From: Lama glama
Lineage: Eukaryota
Direction of reading: 5' to 3'
Assembly: GCA_028534125.1 (NCBI GenBank)
Contig: CM052817.1
Location: 38,752,001 to 38,816,000, forward strand
Length of the DNA stretch: 64,000 nt
Below are positions 1 through 13,100 of the stretch, one piece after another (positions within the stretch are counted from its first letter, which is position 1; every line of letters begins with the position of its first letter). The notes under the pieces are model-generated. The model was not told the DNA's origin. It saw nothing but the letters and a program-made list of their open reading frames with translations, and searched no databases. The translations under genes and the position numbers were made by a program.

Positions 1-214
1 CCAGAGGGAAATCCAATTTTAATGGGGGACCAAACATATAAACACATAATATTAAGACTGTTTGATGTAAACTGTTGCAGTAATGGCATATGCAAGATAC
101 TCTAAAGGCATAAAGGATAGAACGATTACTTTGGAGAAAATACTGATTGCTAACTTAGATCACTTGGCCCATATATTTTTTAATACTCGGAGACAGTATG
201 TGAGAAGTGTCATT

Positions 215-395
215 CGAGGGCAGGAGCACAGGCTGTAGAATGGGGCTATGCAGGCATAAAACCTGCTTGGCTGCTTGCTGCCTGTGTGACCGACCGTGGT
301 CACGTTACTCAAACCGGTACATCTCATGTGCTCATCTCTACAGGAGGGGATGAGGATTGAATAAATCAATCTATATGAAGCCTTTGGAACAGGAC
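215..395 (+). mobile_element. MIR SINE, degenerate (boundaries approximate)
   Basis: MIR-like core: gagcacaggctgtaga...gctgcctgtgtgacc...ctcatctctaca...tgaggattgaataaatcaatctatatgaag. Confidence 0.55.
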
Positions 396-927
396 AATGT
401 CTGATGCTTTCTGTCAGAGTTTGTGTTTGTTAGTGTGCTCTACCAACTGAAAAGTTTGGTTCCTTGTAAGTTTTTTCATTGTGGAATCACTTACTCCATT
501 CTTTTCTTGCCACTATTTTGGAAGCCTTGTTCAGTTTAAAAACATTTATCTGGGATATTGTTCATCTGAAAGCCTTTCACTAAATTGGTTTCACATACTG
601 TTCAGTAAAGCCCCTACAGAAAAATATTGGTCTCTGGTATCTACCTATGGAATTTCTGAATGTTCTCGCTTTGGAGAATTTGGACATGATGAACATATCA
701 GGGCATCCCAGCATCAAGAAAATCTAGAGAAAAATTTGTATATGCCTTTACTGACATCCCACAGTGCAATTTTGTATTGTAATTTGAAAGGTGAAACAGT
801 TGGGTAGTTTTTAATGTGCATTCTTTTGAGTTACTCTTTCTGCAGAAAGATCAGATTTTAATTCATCTGGCCTGTCTCAGAATGTCTTGAGTTAGCCCAT
901 GTTGTTCTTTTTTCTCCCTCCTTCAAG

Positions 928-1121
928 GAATTTTCCGAGAATTTGGAGGTGCAAGATGCGCGCATAATATAGTGAGATACCCTCAGTGTCGGCAGCATGC
1001 CCTGATGATTATCCAGCAGTTGGTGCTCTCGCCAAACGGGGACGATGACATGGGCACTCTCCTGGGGTTGATGCATTCAGCTCCCCCAACAGAATTGCAG
1101 TTGAAGACTGACATTTTAAGA
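928..1121 (+). CDS. WDFY3: WDFY3 window exon 1 (194 nt)
   Basis: ttcaag|GAATTTTC...TTAAGA|gtaagt; (G)IFREFGGARCAHNIVRYPQCRQHAL...KTDILR. Confidence 0.95.
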
Positions 1122-4100
1122 GTAAGTTTGATAAGTGTGCTGTTTTTACTTTTACTAATAAAATCTGTAGCTATCTTTAAATGACTAAGAACTATTATGA
1201 ACTATTCTTGCAATTTTTCTTCAAGTCTAAAATTATGTCAAAATAATAATAGCAGAAGAGAAGTCAATGTCTTTAACCTGGCCTCCAAGGCCCGCTGGGC
1301 ATCAACTGACTCTTTTCCGTCTGAGTTCCTCTCCTTGGACCCTCACCCCATTCCTGCCAGACATGACAGGAAGTACAGCTGCCTTCTGGAATTGTGTATT
1401 TCTTTAGTAACTTTTGCTTTACTCAATTTGTTATCAATAGTGAAAAGTTTGCGTTCTTTTCTTTATGCTGTTGTATATTTCATCCTGTTTTGAGTGTAAT
1501 GACGGTTTGAATATGTGTTTTCATTTAAAAGCAAGATTCATCGGACCCCAATATATCTGTTAGACAAAAGGAAATCTACATGTGTGTCAATATTGGGGAG
1601 CATTTGTATATTTGAAAGGATTGTTGGGGGGAAAGTGCCTTTAAAAGTGGTTAAGGTTGCCAACTTTTTAAACATGTATTTTCCTCTTTTCTTGATATCT
1701 TTGTAATTGAATTTGTAAAATGTTGGTAGTTAAAGCCAGCAAGAGGTAATGGTCTGACCTGTAATGTTAAGGCAGTGTTGTTCTGGTAAATGACTGTGAG
1801 ACTGGAGGAAGACAGGAGGGGGGTCCTGATGGGCTGCATTTACTGATATCCATGTATCAGTACTCCCACTGTGACCTACTTCAGGCAGCTGATGAGTTAC
1901 TGAACGTGGATTGAGGAGATGTACAGTAGCACTCCATTGTATACTACCTCAAAAGCACTGATAATAGGAAAATATAGAAAATAACTAAGAAGTAATGAGT
2001 TTTATTTATTACTTTCATTTTTAAAATAATTTAGTTTTAAACTTATAGAACTTAATTTTTACTTATGCTTATGTTTTAACAACTGGCACGCAAAAGTCTC
2101 AAAATACAACAGTTGGCTCTCATGACTAGTTCAAGCTGGCTCCAGCGTTCCACTGTTTTGAGGGCATGAAGTAGTGTTGGAAGGCACCAAGGAGGATTTG
2201 GGATCCCAATCTCAGTTTCCATTTTTGCTACATTCAGAATTGCTTTTCACTGCCTTCCTTCAGTTGACTCAAACACAGACCTGTGTAACTTAATTTGTTG
2301 TTATTTGTGCACAAGCCTGAAATTCCATGATAGGTAGTATTCTATAATTCTGCTGATGCATAAATTTGAATTGTAAGCATTATATTTATGCAAATGTAGA
2401 TAATTACAGCTGATGATTTTTGTCTGATTTACCACATAGCATCTATTTCTCCTTGTAACTTTGGTGTTCACTACATTATCATTAATTATTGATTTCAAGT
2501 AGGATATAAATTTATTTATGGTATTTAAAGTTTCAGATATGGAGAGAATGCCTAGATAATGCCAAAGTGCCAGTTTTGAGGTGGTAGCAGGTGGACTTAT
2601 CCAGAAGCACATAATACAGAGTACGACCTGACTGAGGGTTAATAAGTGCTGGTTTTTCTAGCTCCTATCATGATTCTGTCTAGCAACATGCCTTTGTATA
2701 GATTAACTCTTAACTCATGCTTCCTCATGTATAAATAGTACTCGTCCTGTTTTTCCCCAGTGTGTTTTTGAAGATGATGATGATGGTGATAGGCACTCTG
2801 CTAAGGGTTTTACATGCATTTCCTGAGAAGTAAGTCATTGTTGTTGTCTAGGTTTTACATAAGGGAAACTGGCACAGAAAGGTTAAGTAATTGTGGTAAA
2901 ATCCTTTTTAATGTTGGAGTCAGAATTTCAACTCAAGCATTCTGACTCTAGCCCTTGCATTTAACCACCAGATTAGGTTATAAGATGTTTAAAAAGAACA
3001 AGAAGTTATGAAGTCTTGTGTTATAGGTTGATATTGTAAGCATAAGTACAGTTTATTAGAGAAGATATGGAAATTGATTGGTTGCAGAAAAATGGAAGGA
3101 ATATACTGTATTTCAAAATTGTATTTACATATACAGATGGCATATTTCCTGCTTTTTAGAATAATCAGATATTGGTATGTACAATGAAATCTTTATAATT
3201 TCTGAAGTAGTGTATTTCAAAAAGATAATATTAATATTTAGCCTTTCCCTTTCATAAGTAACATTAGAAATGTGTGAAGTATTTTAATGGCGTTTTCAAA
3301 TGTAATGACTGGGAAGATTATAAATTGTGTCTTAAGTAATACTAGATTCTCATGGTGTCTCAGTTGCTGAAACGGGGGCAAGGAGCCTGTGTATCTGCAG
3401 ATTTCAGATTGCTGTTTGGGGCAGGATAGTTTCATGGTTCATTGCATGAGTAGGGACATCTGACTGCCTGGCTCTAAATCCTGTCTCTGCCATTGTATAA
3501 GCTGTACAGTCTTGGGCAAGTTACTTCACCACATTGGGTCTCAATTTTTCTTCTACAAAGTGTGGATAATGATAGTGCCCAACGTATAGAATTATTGAGA
3601 GGATTAGATAAATTAATGTATTAAAGCATTTAAAGAAGTACCTAATATATGGTAAGTGTTCCATAAAATGTTAGGTAATTTTATAATTTGTTATTTTTAA
3701 TAATAAACTAAGTTAAAAGTATAACAGTTCAGAAAATAACTAATAGTTATAAAAGATTATTTTACCTGTTTGGCCTTCAGGTGTTACTTCTTAGCGCTGA
3801 TAAGCTATTCTGGGCAAGAGCATGCTTTCAGCCCTCCAGCTACAGTTCACTTTGCAAGAGAGAATGTTAACAAGTCCTCTGAAGTGACTCCTCTTTACAA
3901 AGCACCAGGATATGGTCACTTTATATGAATATAAATACTTAAGGCTTCCAGGTCATCTCTGAGCCTTTCTAGAATAAATCAGTTTATATACACACTCAAT
4001 TAATTGTAAGTTTTCATGTTTAAAGAGTGTGTAAAATTACACTAGAATATGTATTTTCCTCATTTAAAAAGATTACTTTGTAAAAATCACTGAATTCATT

Positions 4101-7100
4101 GATGTCATTATCCATCAAATACATAGGAAGCTTTTCACCCAGGATTTGGATATAGCCTTTTTCTATCAAAAGAAGTATGTGGTAGTGTTTCCTACAATTA
4201 TCTTCTGCTTTTAATATGGCATTTTTTAATTAGCAAAATATTTGCCATGCTTCATAGGACTGCTTATTGGGTAAATGACAAAAAATACACACATCAGATA
4301 TTCACAGAGTAGAATTCCTCTTTGACATTGATGTATGGGTTTTTTTGGTTTTTTTTTTTTAATCTGAATTGTAAGTTTGTTTTTGTTTGTGTTGTTTTTT
4401 TGTCCCCCATAGGCCCTCCTGTCAGTCCTTCGAGAAAGCCATCGTTCAAGAACAGTTTTCAGGAAAGTTGGAGGATTTGTGTACATTACATCCTTGCTTG
4501 TTGCTATGGAAAGATCTTTGAGCTCGCCACCCAAGAATGGCTGGGAGAAAGTGAACCAGAATCAAGTGTTTGAACTTCTCCACACTGTGTTCTGCACATT
4601 GACTGCAGCAATGCGCTATGAGCCAGCTAACTCTCATTTCTTCAAAACAGAGATTCAGTATGAGAAGTTGGCAGATGCCGTTCGATTTCTTGGCTGCTTC
4701 TCAGACCTAAGAAAAATAAGCCCCATGAATGTCTTCCCTTCAAACACACAGCCATTTCAAAGACTTTTAGAGGAAGACGTAATCTCAGTGGACTCAGTGT
4801 CACCCACTTTACAGCACTGCAGTAAACTCTTTATTTATCTCTACAAAGTAGCCACAGATTCTTTTGACAGGTATGGCTCTGCTCTGTGCTCTGAATTGAA
4901 AGGTATACAATGTATGACTTCAGTATTAAGGCTTGAATTATAAATTAACTTAAAAGAAAATGAAAACAAATGAATTCTCTCTTATTTACTTATCTGTCGC
5001 TTTATTTGTGAATATTACTATTGCTCTGATTCTGTGTTTTTCAGCATGGACATCTGTGTATTATTTGTAAAACCAGGGTTAGTTAAGCTCCCGTTGCACT
5101 TAATGGAACAGCTTCCATGAAATTTACTTTCCTCTTTATTCTCAAGACCGTCAGATACATCCAGACTTACTGATATTAGTTATCAATGGGAGCACGTGGT
5201 TATGGTTATACATATTTTCAGACAGATGTTATAGTCTCAACGTTCATAATCATTCTCAACATTTTATAATGCTCAAAAAATGATACAGCTTCCTGGGAGA
5301 CGTTGACAGTGTAAGAGTCCCTCGTATTAATTTACTCATTCCTTCATTAAACAAGTGCTTAACGAAAACCTACTGTGTGCCAAGTTACCGTGCTAGGCAT
5401 TGAGGGTTCAGCTCAGCACAGGGCTGCTTTGGTTATCCTTCAGCTTAAATGCAAACACATAAATAAACAGTTATAATATATTGTGATAAAATATATGATG
5501 ACGGAAATCCAGGTTTCTAAGATCGTAAGACTGCTTTATCCAAGTCATTTACTTTCAATTCTTAAAGAGTATTTTCAATTAAGTTCTCACTTCAAAAATA
5601 ATGTAAGTGTCATCATGCTGCTAATTTGTCCAAGCGTTATCACTTTTAACAGTTACTATAGTTTTATTCCATAAAACGAATTGTTTTTGTTAATATCCCC
5701 ATAAATAAAGCCAATAACTCTCTTGGGTAGAGCTTCTGATAGCTTTTATATTCTTAACTGTGAAATAATCTGCTTTGAAATATCTAGTGAGATGTTTGTC
5801 TCTCAATATTTCTTAGGCCTTAATATTTAGATAAGAAAATACAGATAATGTGAAAAAATGTTTTCCAGTTTTTCCCATCTTGAAAATAAAAATGCATATA
5901 TATTGTTAGCTTCCAGGAAACATGGGGCTGTGTAATGTTCAGGGATTAAGATGTTTAAAATTAAAATTTGTATATTTAGATTCAACTTCTTTTCCCTTGT
6001 TTTGTATGTACCCTAGTTAGTATACCTTATTTTTAGTTTGCTTTGTCAGAAAACAAGGCCTACAGCACTCTGTTTAACAAATATGTTAAATGTTAACATT
6101 AATGAAGAAGCATCTGCCTCAAGCATGTTTCCCTCAGTGCATGTGTTGCAGTCTTGGTCCTTGTTGCTGCTGAGGATGGAAGATGTTCCCTGTTAAACTT
6201 ATACTGGTATTTCTTGTGAAACTAACCAGCTGCCAGCCTGGTGTTCTTCTAACCTCTCTAAACCACCCTGTCTGTTTTGTTGTCTGTAGTCGTGCAGAAC
6301 AGATCCCTCCTTGCCTGACAAGTGAGTCTTCTCTCCCCTCTCCTTGGGGTACACCAGCTTTGTCCAGGAAAAGGTACTGATCTTATAACAGAAGTCATTC
6401 TTTTTTCGTGTGGGTTTTTTCTTCTGTGCCCAATTATATGTTAATGTGGTGATTGTGCTTTTTGTAACTTCAGTTTTTTTTTTTTTGCTTTCTTTTTGAT
6501 TTGACTCTTTTTTAAAGTTTAAAATTGTCAACTTCTGCTGAGTATATTTATGAGAGTAAAATATGTTGCTACTGTGATGATATGAAGGACGTGTAAAATT
6601 TTGTCATCCAACTCTTTTAAACTAAAATACATTTTAGAGCAGGTATACATTAAATTAAAATTAATTTGGAAATGGGGATTTAATGCTTCTCTAAATACTT
6701 CACTACTTTTCTTTTTACTTTAAGTGTGCTTGGTCTCATTCTTTGGGGCTTAGTGTTACTCCAAAATGAACATCCCAGCATTGGCTAAGGAAGTGTGCAT
6801 TTTCTCAGTCAGGTTCGCCCAGTTGAAATGAGATGCTGTTATGGAGCATGCTAATCTTTGAAAAAATGAATAAAAAACCTCCCCTAGCTCTTGTTTTCAT
6901 CAGTTGTATATAAATCTCTTTCTAAGCTGATCTAGTCTCCCTCATATATAAAGCTTATGAATATAAAGAACCAGCAGTTGATTGACAGGAGTACAGTTAA
7001 GATCCATTTGAGATTCCATCGGCGGCCTGTACTTAAAATGATCATAGTCTGTACATCTGGCACCAGATACTCTTCCTTCCCCTGTTTTCCTCATAACCAA

Positions 7101-10100
7101 GGACAAGTCCTTAAGTCTTGTGTTAATATTCTGCTATTATGACTTTTTAAAAATGAACCCTGAGGTTTTCTTCTGTTTAATTTTGTTTCTGTTGTTCAAA
7201 TTTTGAAACTTGAATATAATCAGACTTATGTATTAAAAGTAGTTGTAAGTGCGATATTTCAACAGTAATATTCATTAGGTATATGGACTTATATTTTCCT
7301 TTTCTCTTAAATTTACACTGGGGCTTACAGCTCATTTCTTCTAGTAAATCATGGCATAGTTCAAAATAGTCTTAAATGGATTTAGCGTTGTTCAGTGTAT
7401 TTATATTTAAAAACTACTTTGTTTTTTGTTTTTTCAAGAGCAGTTCTTTTTAATTTTTTTTTGTTTTTGGTATATCTATTTTTTTTTATAGCCCATTACC
7501 AGAAATGTTGTGTCAATTTCTGGTGTACAGCATAATGCTCCAGTCATACATGAACATACATGTATTTGTTTTCATATTCTTTTTCACCATAAGTTACTAT
7601 AAGATACTGAATATAGTTCCCTGTACTATACCATGTAAGAGCAGATCTTGATTCTAGAAATTATAAAATCAATTTGAGTTAAAGTAGTGTATTTTTCTGT
7701 GGCTAAAATTGATAAGGTGAAAGATATACTTTGTGTTGGAAGATTCACTTGTGCTCACTATCCCATAGAACTACTGGATTTTAGAAAAATAGAAAATACT
7801 TTTAATTATTAAAAAGTCATATTTATGATTCTGTCATACATGGTAAAGGCCTAAAAGTTGCTGTGTTTAAAAACATTTAACTCTTTAACCAAAAACTACT
7901 AAATACTTTCAATGGAAATTCACAGATTAAAGGAACATATGTTTAAAAATCCATCAGAACTTACCACTTACTTAGATAGTAATTTGACAAAAGGAAAACA
8001 GCATTGTACTCCATATCATAGAGTTATTTAAGGCCTTAGAGCAAAAACATTTTGTCATCATTTGCAACACGGCTGCATGTAAGGATGCCATGTCTTTGAC
8101 CTAAGGGAGAGCTGTCACTGAATCAGCAGTTGTAGTTGAGTGACTCTTATCCATAAGAATTCTAATCAAGATTACAAGTTGATGTTATCCCAAGGAAGCT
8201 CCCAGTGCTGTTCATGCTAACAACAAAATCAGTGTTGACATTTTCAGGTTGCCATTCTGGTCAGGTTACATTCATTTTGCTCAGTGATAAGAATCATAAG
8301 CTAACAAAGAAAACATTGTTTTTATTTCACCATATAGTAACTTTTGAGATTAGAAAATCTCAGAAACATCTCAAATTACATCAGCTCATGGGCATCTTTT
8401 TCTTGTGGCAAAACATGTTTTTTTTTTTTGACAAAAGGAGAAACCAACATTGTACTAGTTTTATGGCTCACGGGGATTAAGACACGAAGGAAAGTCTAAG
8501 CTTGTGATACTTGTCTGGCATGTAAAATCCTGGAGATTCTTCTCTAATTATTTTGAGAATTGGGGAAAAAGGAACTAGGAAAACTTATTTTGGAAAACTA
8601 AAACTCATGACTGTTTTTCATTATTCATAAGGAATAATGGAACAGAATTTCAGTCAGAGTTAGATAAGTGGAAACAAAATCCAAAATAGCAGCCAAGACC
8701 CTCCACAGTATATCTGCAGTGGCAAAAACGGTGGCGAGTGTTAGTCATCATTCAGACGTGGTATCCAGTACTTAGTGCCTGCACATACTTGACGATCATT
8801 AAGACAAAGCCGATTCAGAATTTAAATATTTACGTATGTATTCCCAAAAGAGGTTAGTAAGTCTTAAGCATACAGGAGAATTTAGAGTGAAATATTAAGT
8901 AGCAATTTCTGTAAGCTTTAAAAGTAACTGCAACATAAAAATTAACTAAATTTTGAAATGTCATTTTATCCCATTTTATCTTCGCAAGTGGTTAGGTTTT
9001 GCTTGGTAGTTACCTATTTAATAAGCTTACTATAATCTCTAAATGTAAAAGGTGGTAATACCTAAATGACTTAGTAAGAATTAATGTTATATAATGCTTG
9101 TTAAAATAGACCTAATTTCTTAATAAATGCCATATTTTAGATTTCTGTGATGTTTGCAGTATTTTTCTCATTTAAGAAGAACAGATGTAATTCCTACATT
9201 TAGAATGTTATTTTTTATATGTAAAATCTGAAGGTTTACTGCTATAACAGTTACATGTTAGCAAAGAGTTCAGTTTCCAAAGACATAAAGAGCTTCTTCC
9301 TGGGTGTACATATCTGTAATTTAAATTCAAACCTATATTAAGTCTGGCAACTGAGAAATAATTTGGGAAGGCCTGTCGCCTAGAATATACAATTAGAATC
9401 TATGTTTTTCCTCAGATTTGGGTTACTCTTTGTGTATAATGAAAACAGTTTTCTGTGAAATTTCTAAATGGTTTGGAGTTCCTGTTATACCGTAGAGGAA
9501 TATGATTCATTTTTTTTCATTTTTTTCTGCGTAGGTCAAAATACTTTAAAGACTAAAGGGAGAAGCATAGGAGGATATCAGTTGGTAATAAGCATTTAGA
9601 ATCTATCTTAGGAAGTTTAGAAATTAATTCTTTCTGAACAAGAACAGAAAAAAAAACGGAGTGAAAAAAATGAGTGGGTGTAGGATATGGTGACTTTAAA
9701 TAAACTAGAAGAGCACATGTGGGGTTTTTTTTTTGTTTTTTTTTTTTTTGTTTTTTAAGTGAAGCTGAATACTTTCCTAGAATCTCTGTTAAAGACAGAA
9801 TGGTACTTAAAAAAAAAAATGGCAGTGCCAGTTCTTTGCTGCTAAATCAGTGACTTAAAGCATCTGCTTCCCAAGCTGCTCTCGTGCCAGAGAGCTGAAA
9901 CTGCACTGCTCTCAGTGACAGAGCTCAGCATCAGACAGACTATGCTGAAACCGATTTGCTGGAACAAAGAGCTCCCATAGGCTGAAGCTACAAGCATCTG
10001 TTTCCATGTGCCAAGATACAAAATGTGCAAAGCTCATGAATTGTAGAAGAAGAGTATGAAATAGGAGGTGGAGATCATTGATAAGAAGAAATGTTGTGTA

Positions 10101-13100
10101 TTCAGGACATGGCTGGGCTTTCCAACTCCTGGAAGCTCATTACGTAAAAGATGCCCTTTTAAGTTTTTAAAATTTGTGATGAATATTTTCAGTGGTAGGG
10201 AGGATAATGCAAAAGAGGGTGAATGTACTTCCAAATAAGGAAAACTCCCTTGATGCTTAATGTATTTACTGTTGGGCAGCCAGGACTTTGAGCCAACCCT
10301 GACTCAGTTGAACCAGTTACAGAGAAGGCCATTTTGATCTTGTTAGGTCTTAATTATGTTGACCCATGGTTTAAGGAAAGGTTAAAAACACATAGGTAAT
10401 TTCAAAAAAGAACAGTCTCACTGAAGGATTTAATATAGCTTGTCCTCATCACAAATGATCAGAACTGTCATCTTCCTTAGAGCTTGGAATCGCTGTGATT
10501 TCATCTGTTCCTTGTCTTCTGGTACACATGCCATTCTTTTTTTTTTTTTTTCTTTCAGTTTTACTGAGATATAATTGCCATGCTGCACTGTGTAAGTTTA
10601 AGGTGTACGTCACAATGACTTGACTTACGTGTATTGCAAAATGATTACCACAATAAGTTTACTTAACATCCGTTATCTTACATAGATACAGGGGGGAAAA
10701 AAAGGAAAAAATGGATTTTTTTTCTTGTGATGAGAACTTCTAGGATCTACTCTTTTAGCAACTTTCAAATACACCAGGGAGCAGTGTTAACTAGTCCTCA
10801 TATGCCTTTCTTTAATGAAACAATCCGAATAGTAAATGGTGAAAACATACAAGAGCCTAGAAGAATTGATAGTTAAATTGTTTATATGCAACTCATTAAG
10901 AACTGATAATGGCTTTTTTATTTCCCAACCTTCAGGTGTTTTGTAACTCAACCTTGAATTTTAAGGCCTTTTGTTTATCAGTGGAGAAAGATAACAGAAG
11001 ATGAAAATGGACAGAGAATGTGATCAAAATTAAATATCAAATTATCCTTCTTTCTTTCTTGCAGGCATGCATATCATTCTGTTTCAACTCCCCCTGTTTA
11101 CCCTCCTAAAAATGTTGCTGACCTGAAACTACACACGGCAACTTCATCTGTCCAGAGTTCTGACGCTGTCATCATCCATCCTGGAGCCATGCTTGCTATG
11201 CTGGACCTCCTGGCCTCTGTTGGGTCAGTGACACAGCCAGAAGTAAGCGTGGGCATGTTAGTTCCTTCCCATCTTTAGTGAGTGAAAGGATGTGAGTGTG
11301 ACTGCATGAGCAAGGGGGTGGGGCCAGGAAAGTGAGATGGAGCCTTCCTGTATCACATACTAAAGCAGGTAAAGGAAAAAAACTAGGGCTTTTCTATTCG
11401 AGTCTTAAATTTCTTAACAAATGGTAGATATGTATGCTTTTTAATACAGTTGATTTGTTCAAATGCAACCAAGACAGTTACTTCTAAAATAATTGTTTCT
11501 CCTTGAAATCCGCTCAGCAGTGGAAATTGTTAATAAATAGTACAGAAAGAAAAATGACTGAAGATACCATATTGAGGCTATTTATCTATTCTGACTTGTA
11601 ATGCTCAAGAGTTTGAGTGAACTGGAGTTTGGGTGACTAATTTTGTTAAAATGTTATGTGGCCTCTAAAGCCTTAAGTGTCACAAATCTTAACAGTTGGC
11701 CTTCCTTTAAACTGGTTATTTACGCACCATGAAAAAGACTTATTATGCCTGCTAATTTTATAAAAATAAAAATACTGTTAATTATATATAGTCAGGTAAT
11801 CCAAAAGACTTGGAAGAGAATGGAGTCTAGCTGGGTATGCTTCTAGCAAAACTAAGATAGGAAGTATTTCTCTGGCCCTGTTCTGGAGTTGCTGTGCCCC
11901 TTTAAGCCAGCTACTTAATTCATCTGAACGTAATTTGAAGCATGTAGAGACCTCACATTAAAACGTGTGCCTCACATGGAGAGAACTGTCACATGTCTTA
12001 TTAAGAATGCCCCTGTGGCATGGATTTCTTTGTTAACTTCAGCATGCTTTGGACCTTCAACTTGCCGTGGCAAATATTTTACAATCGCTGGTGCACACAG
12101 AGAGAAACCAGCAAGTCATGTGTGAAGCTGGTCTCCATGCACGCCTGCTGCAGCGGTGCAGCGCCGCGCTGGCCGACGAGGACCACTCACTGCACCCGCC
12201 TCTCCAGAGGATGTTTGAACGCTTAGCCTCTCAGGCTCTGGAGCCCATGGTGCTGAGGTCAGTACGTTCTCTTCTTCACGGTCAGATAAGCCACCGTGAG
12301 GAATGGCTGTTTGTAGTCTTCACAGTCAGGAATTCTTGCTTTAATAAACATGTGTTCAGTTATCTGTGGGCAAGACCAAAACACCACAAAAATGGGCAAA
12401 ATGCTCAAAATATAGCACTTAGGTAAATCTAGTTATTAATAAACAGAGGATGTCTTTGCCCATTGGTTATTTCTTCTACTTGAATCCAGCAAACTCTCTT
12501 TCCTTTAAAAATAAAGTCATGCTATATTTATATGACTTGCATCTACTTTAAGAACATTTTGTGTGTAAGAACTCTTTTAAGAAACACTTTTTTTAATTTT
12601 TTAATTTTAAAATAATTACAGATTCAGAGGAAGTTGTAAAGATAGATGGGAGAGGTTCTGTGTCCCCTTCACCCAGTTTCCTCCAGTGGTTACATCTTAG
12701 GGAACCATAGTGCAACATCAAAACCAAGACACTGACATTGGTACAATGTATCCATGTATGCTATGGTTCCCAGGTATGCTATGGTGCCCTGTTATTGTGT
12801 CAGATTGATGTAGCTATCACACAATTAAGGTGTCACAAAGATCTCCCCAATCCTATCCCTTTATTGTCATATTTACCTTCTTAACCTCCACCATCCCTAA
12901 CCCCTGTAAACCAGTAATCTGTTCTCCATCTCCATAATTTTGTCACTTTGAAAATGTTATATAAGTTAATTCATACATTAATTTTGTGATTATTTTGTGA
13001 TTAGCTTTTTCAGTTATCATAATGCCTTTGAGATGCATCTAAATTATCATGTATCAATAGTTTGTTTCTTTCGGGTGGAGGATATCGCTCAAGTGGTAGC

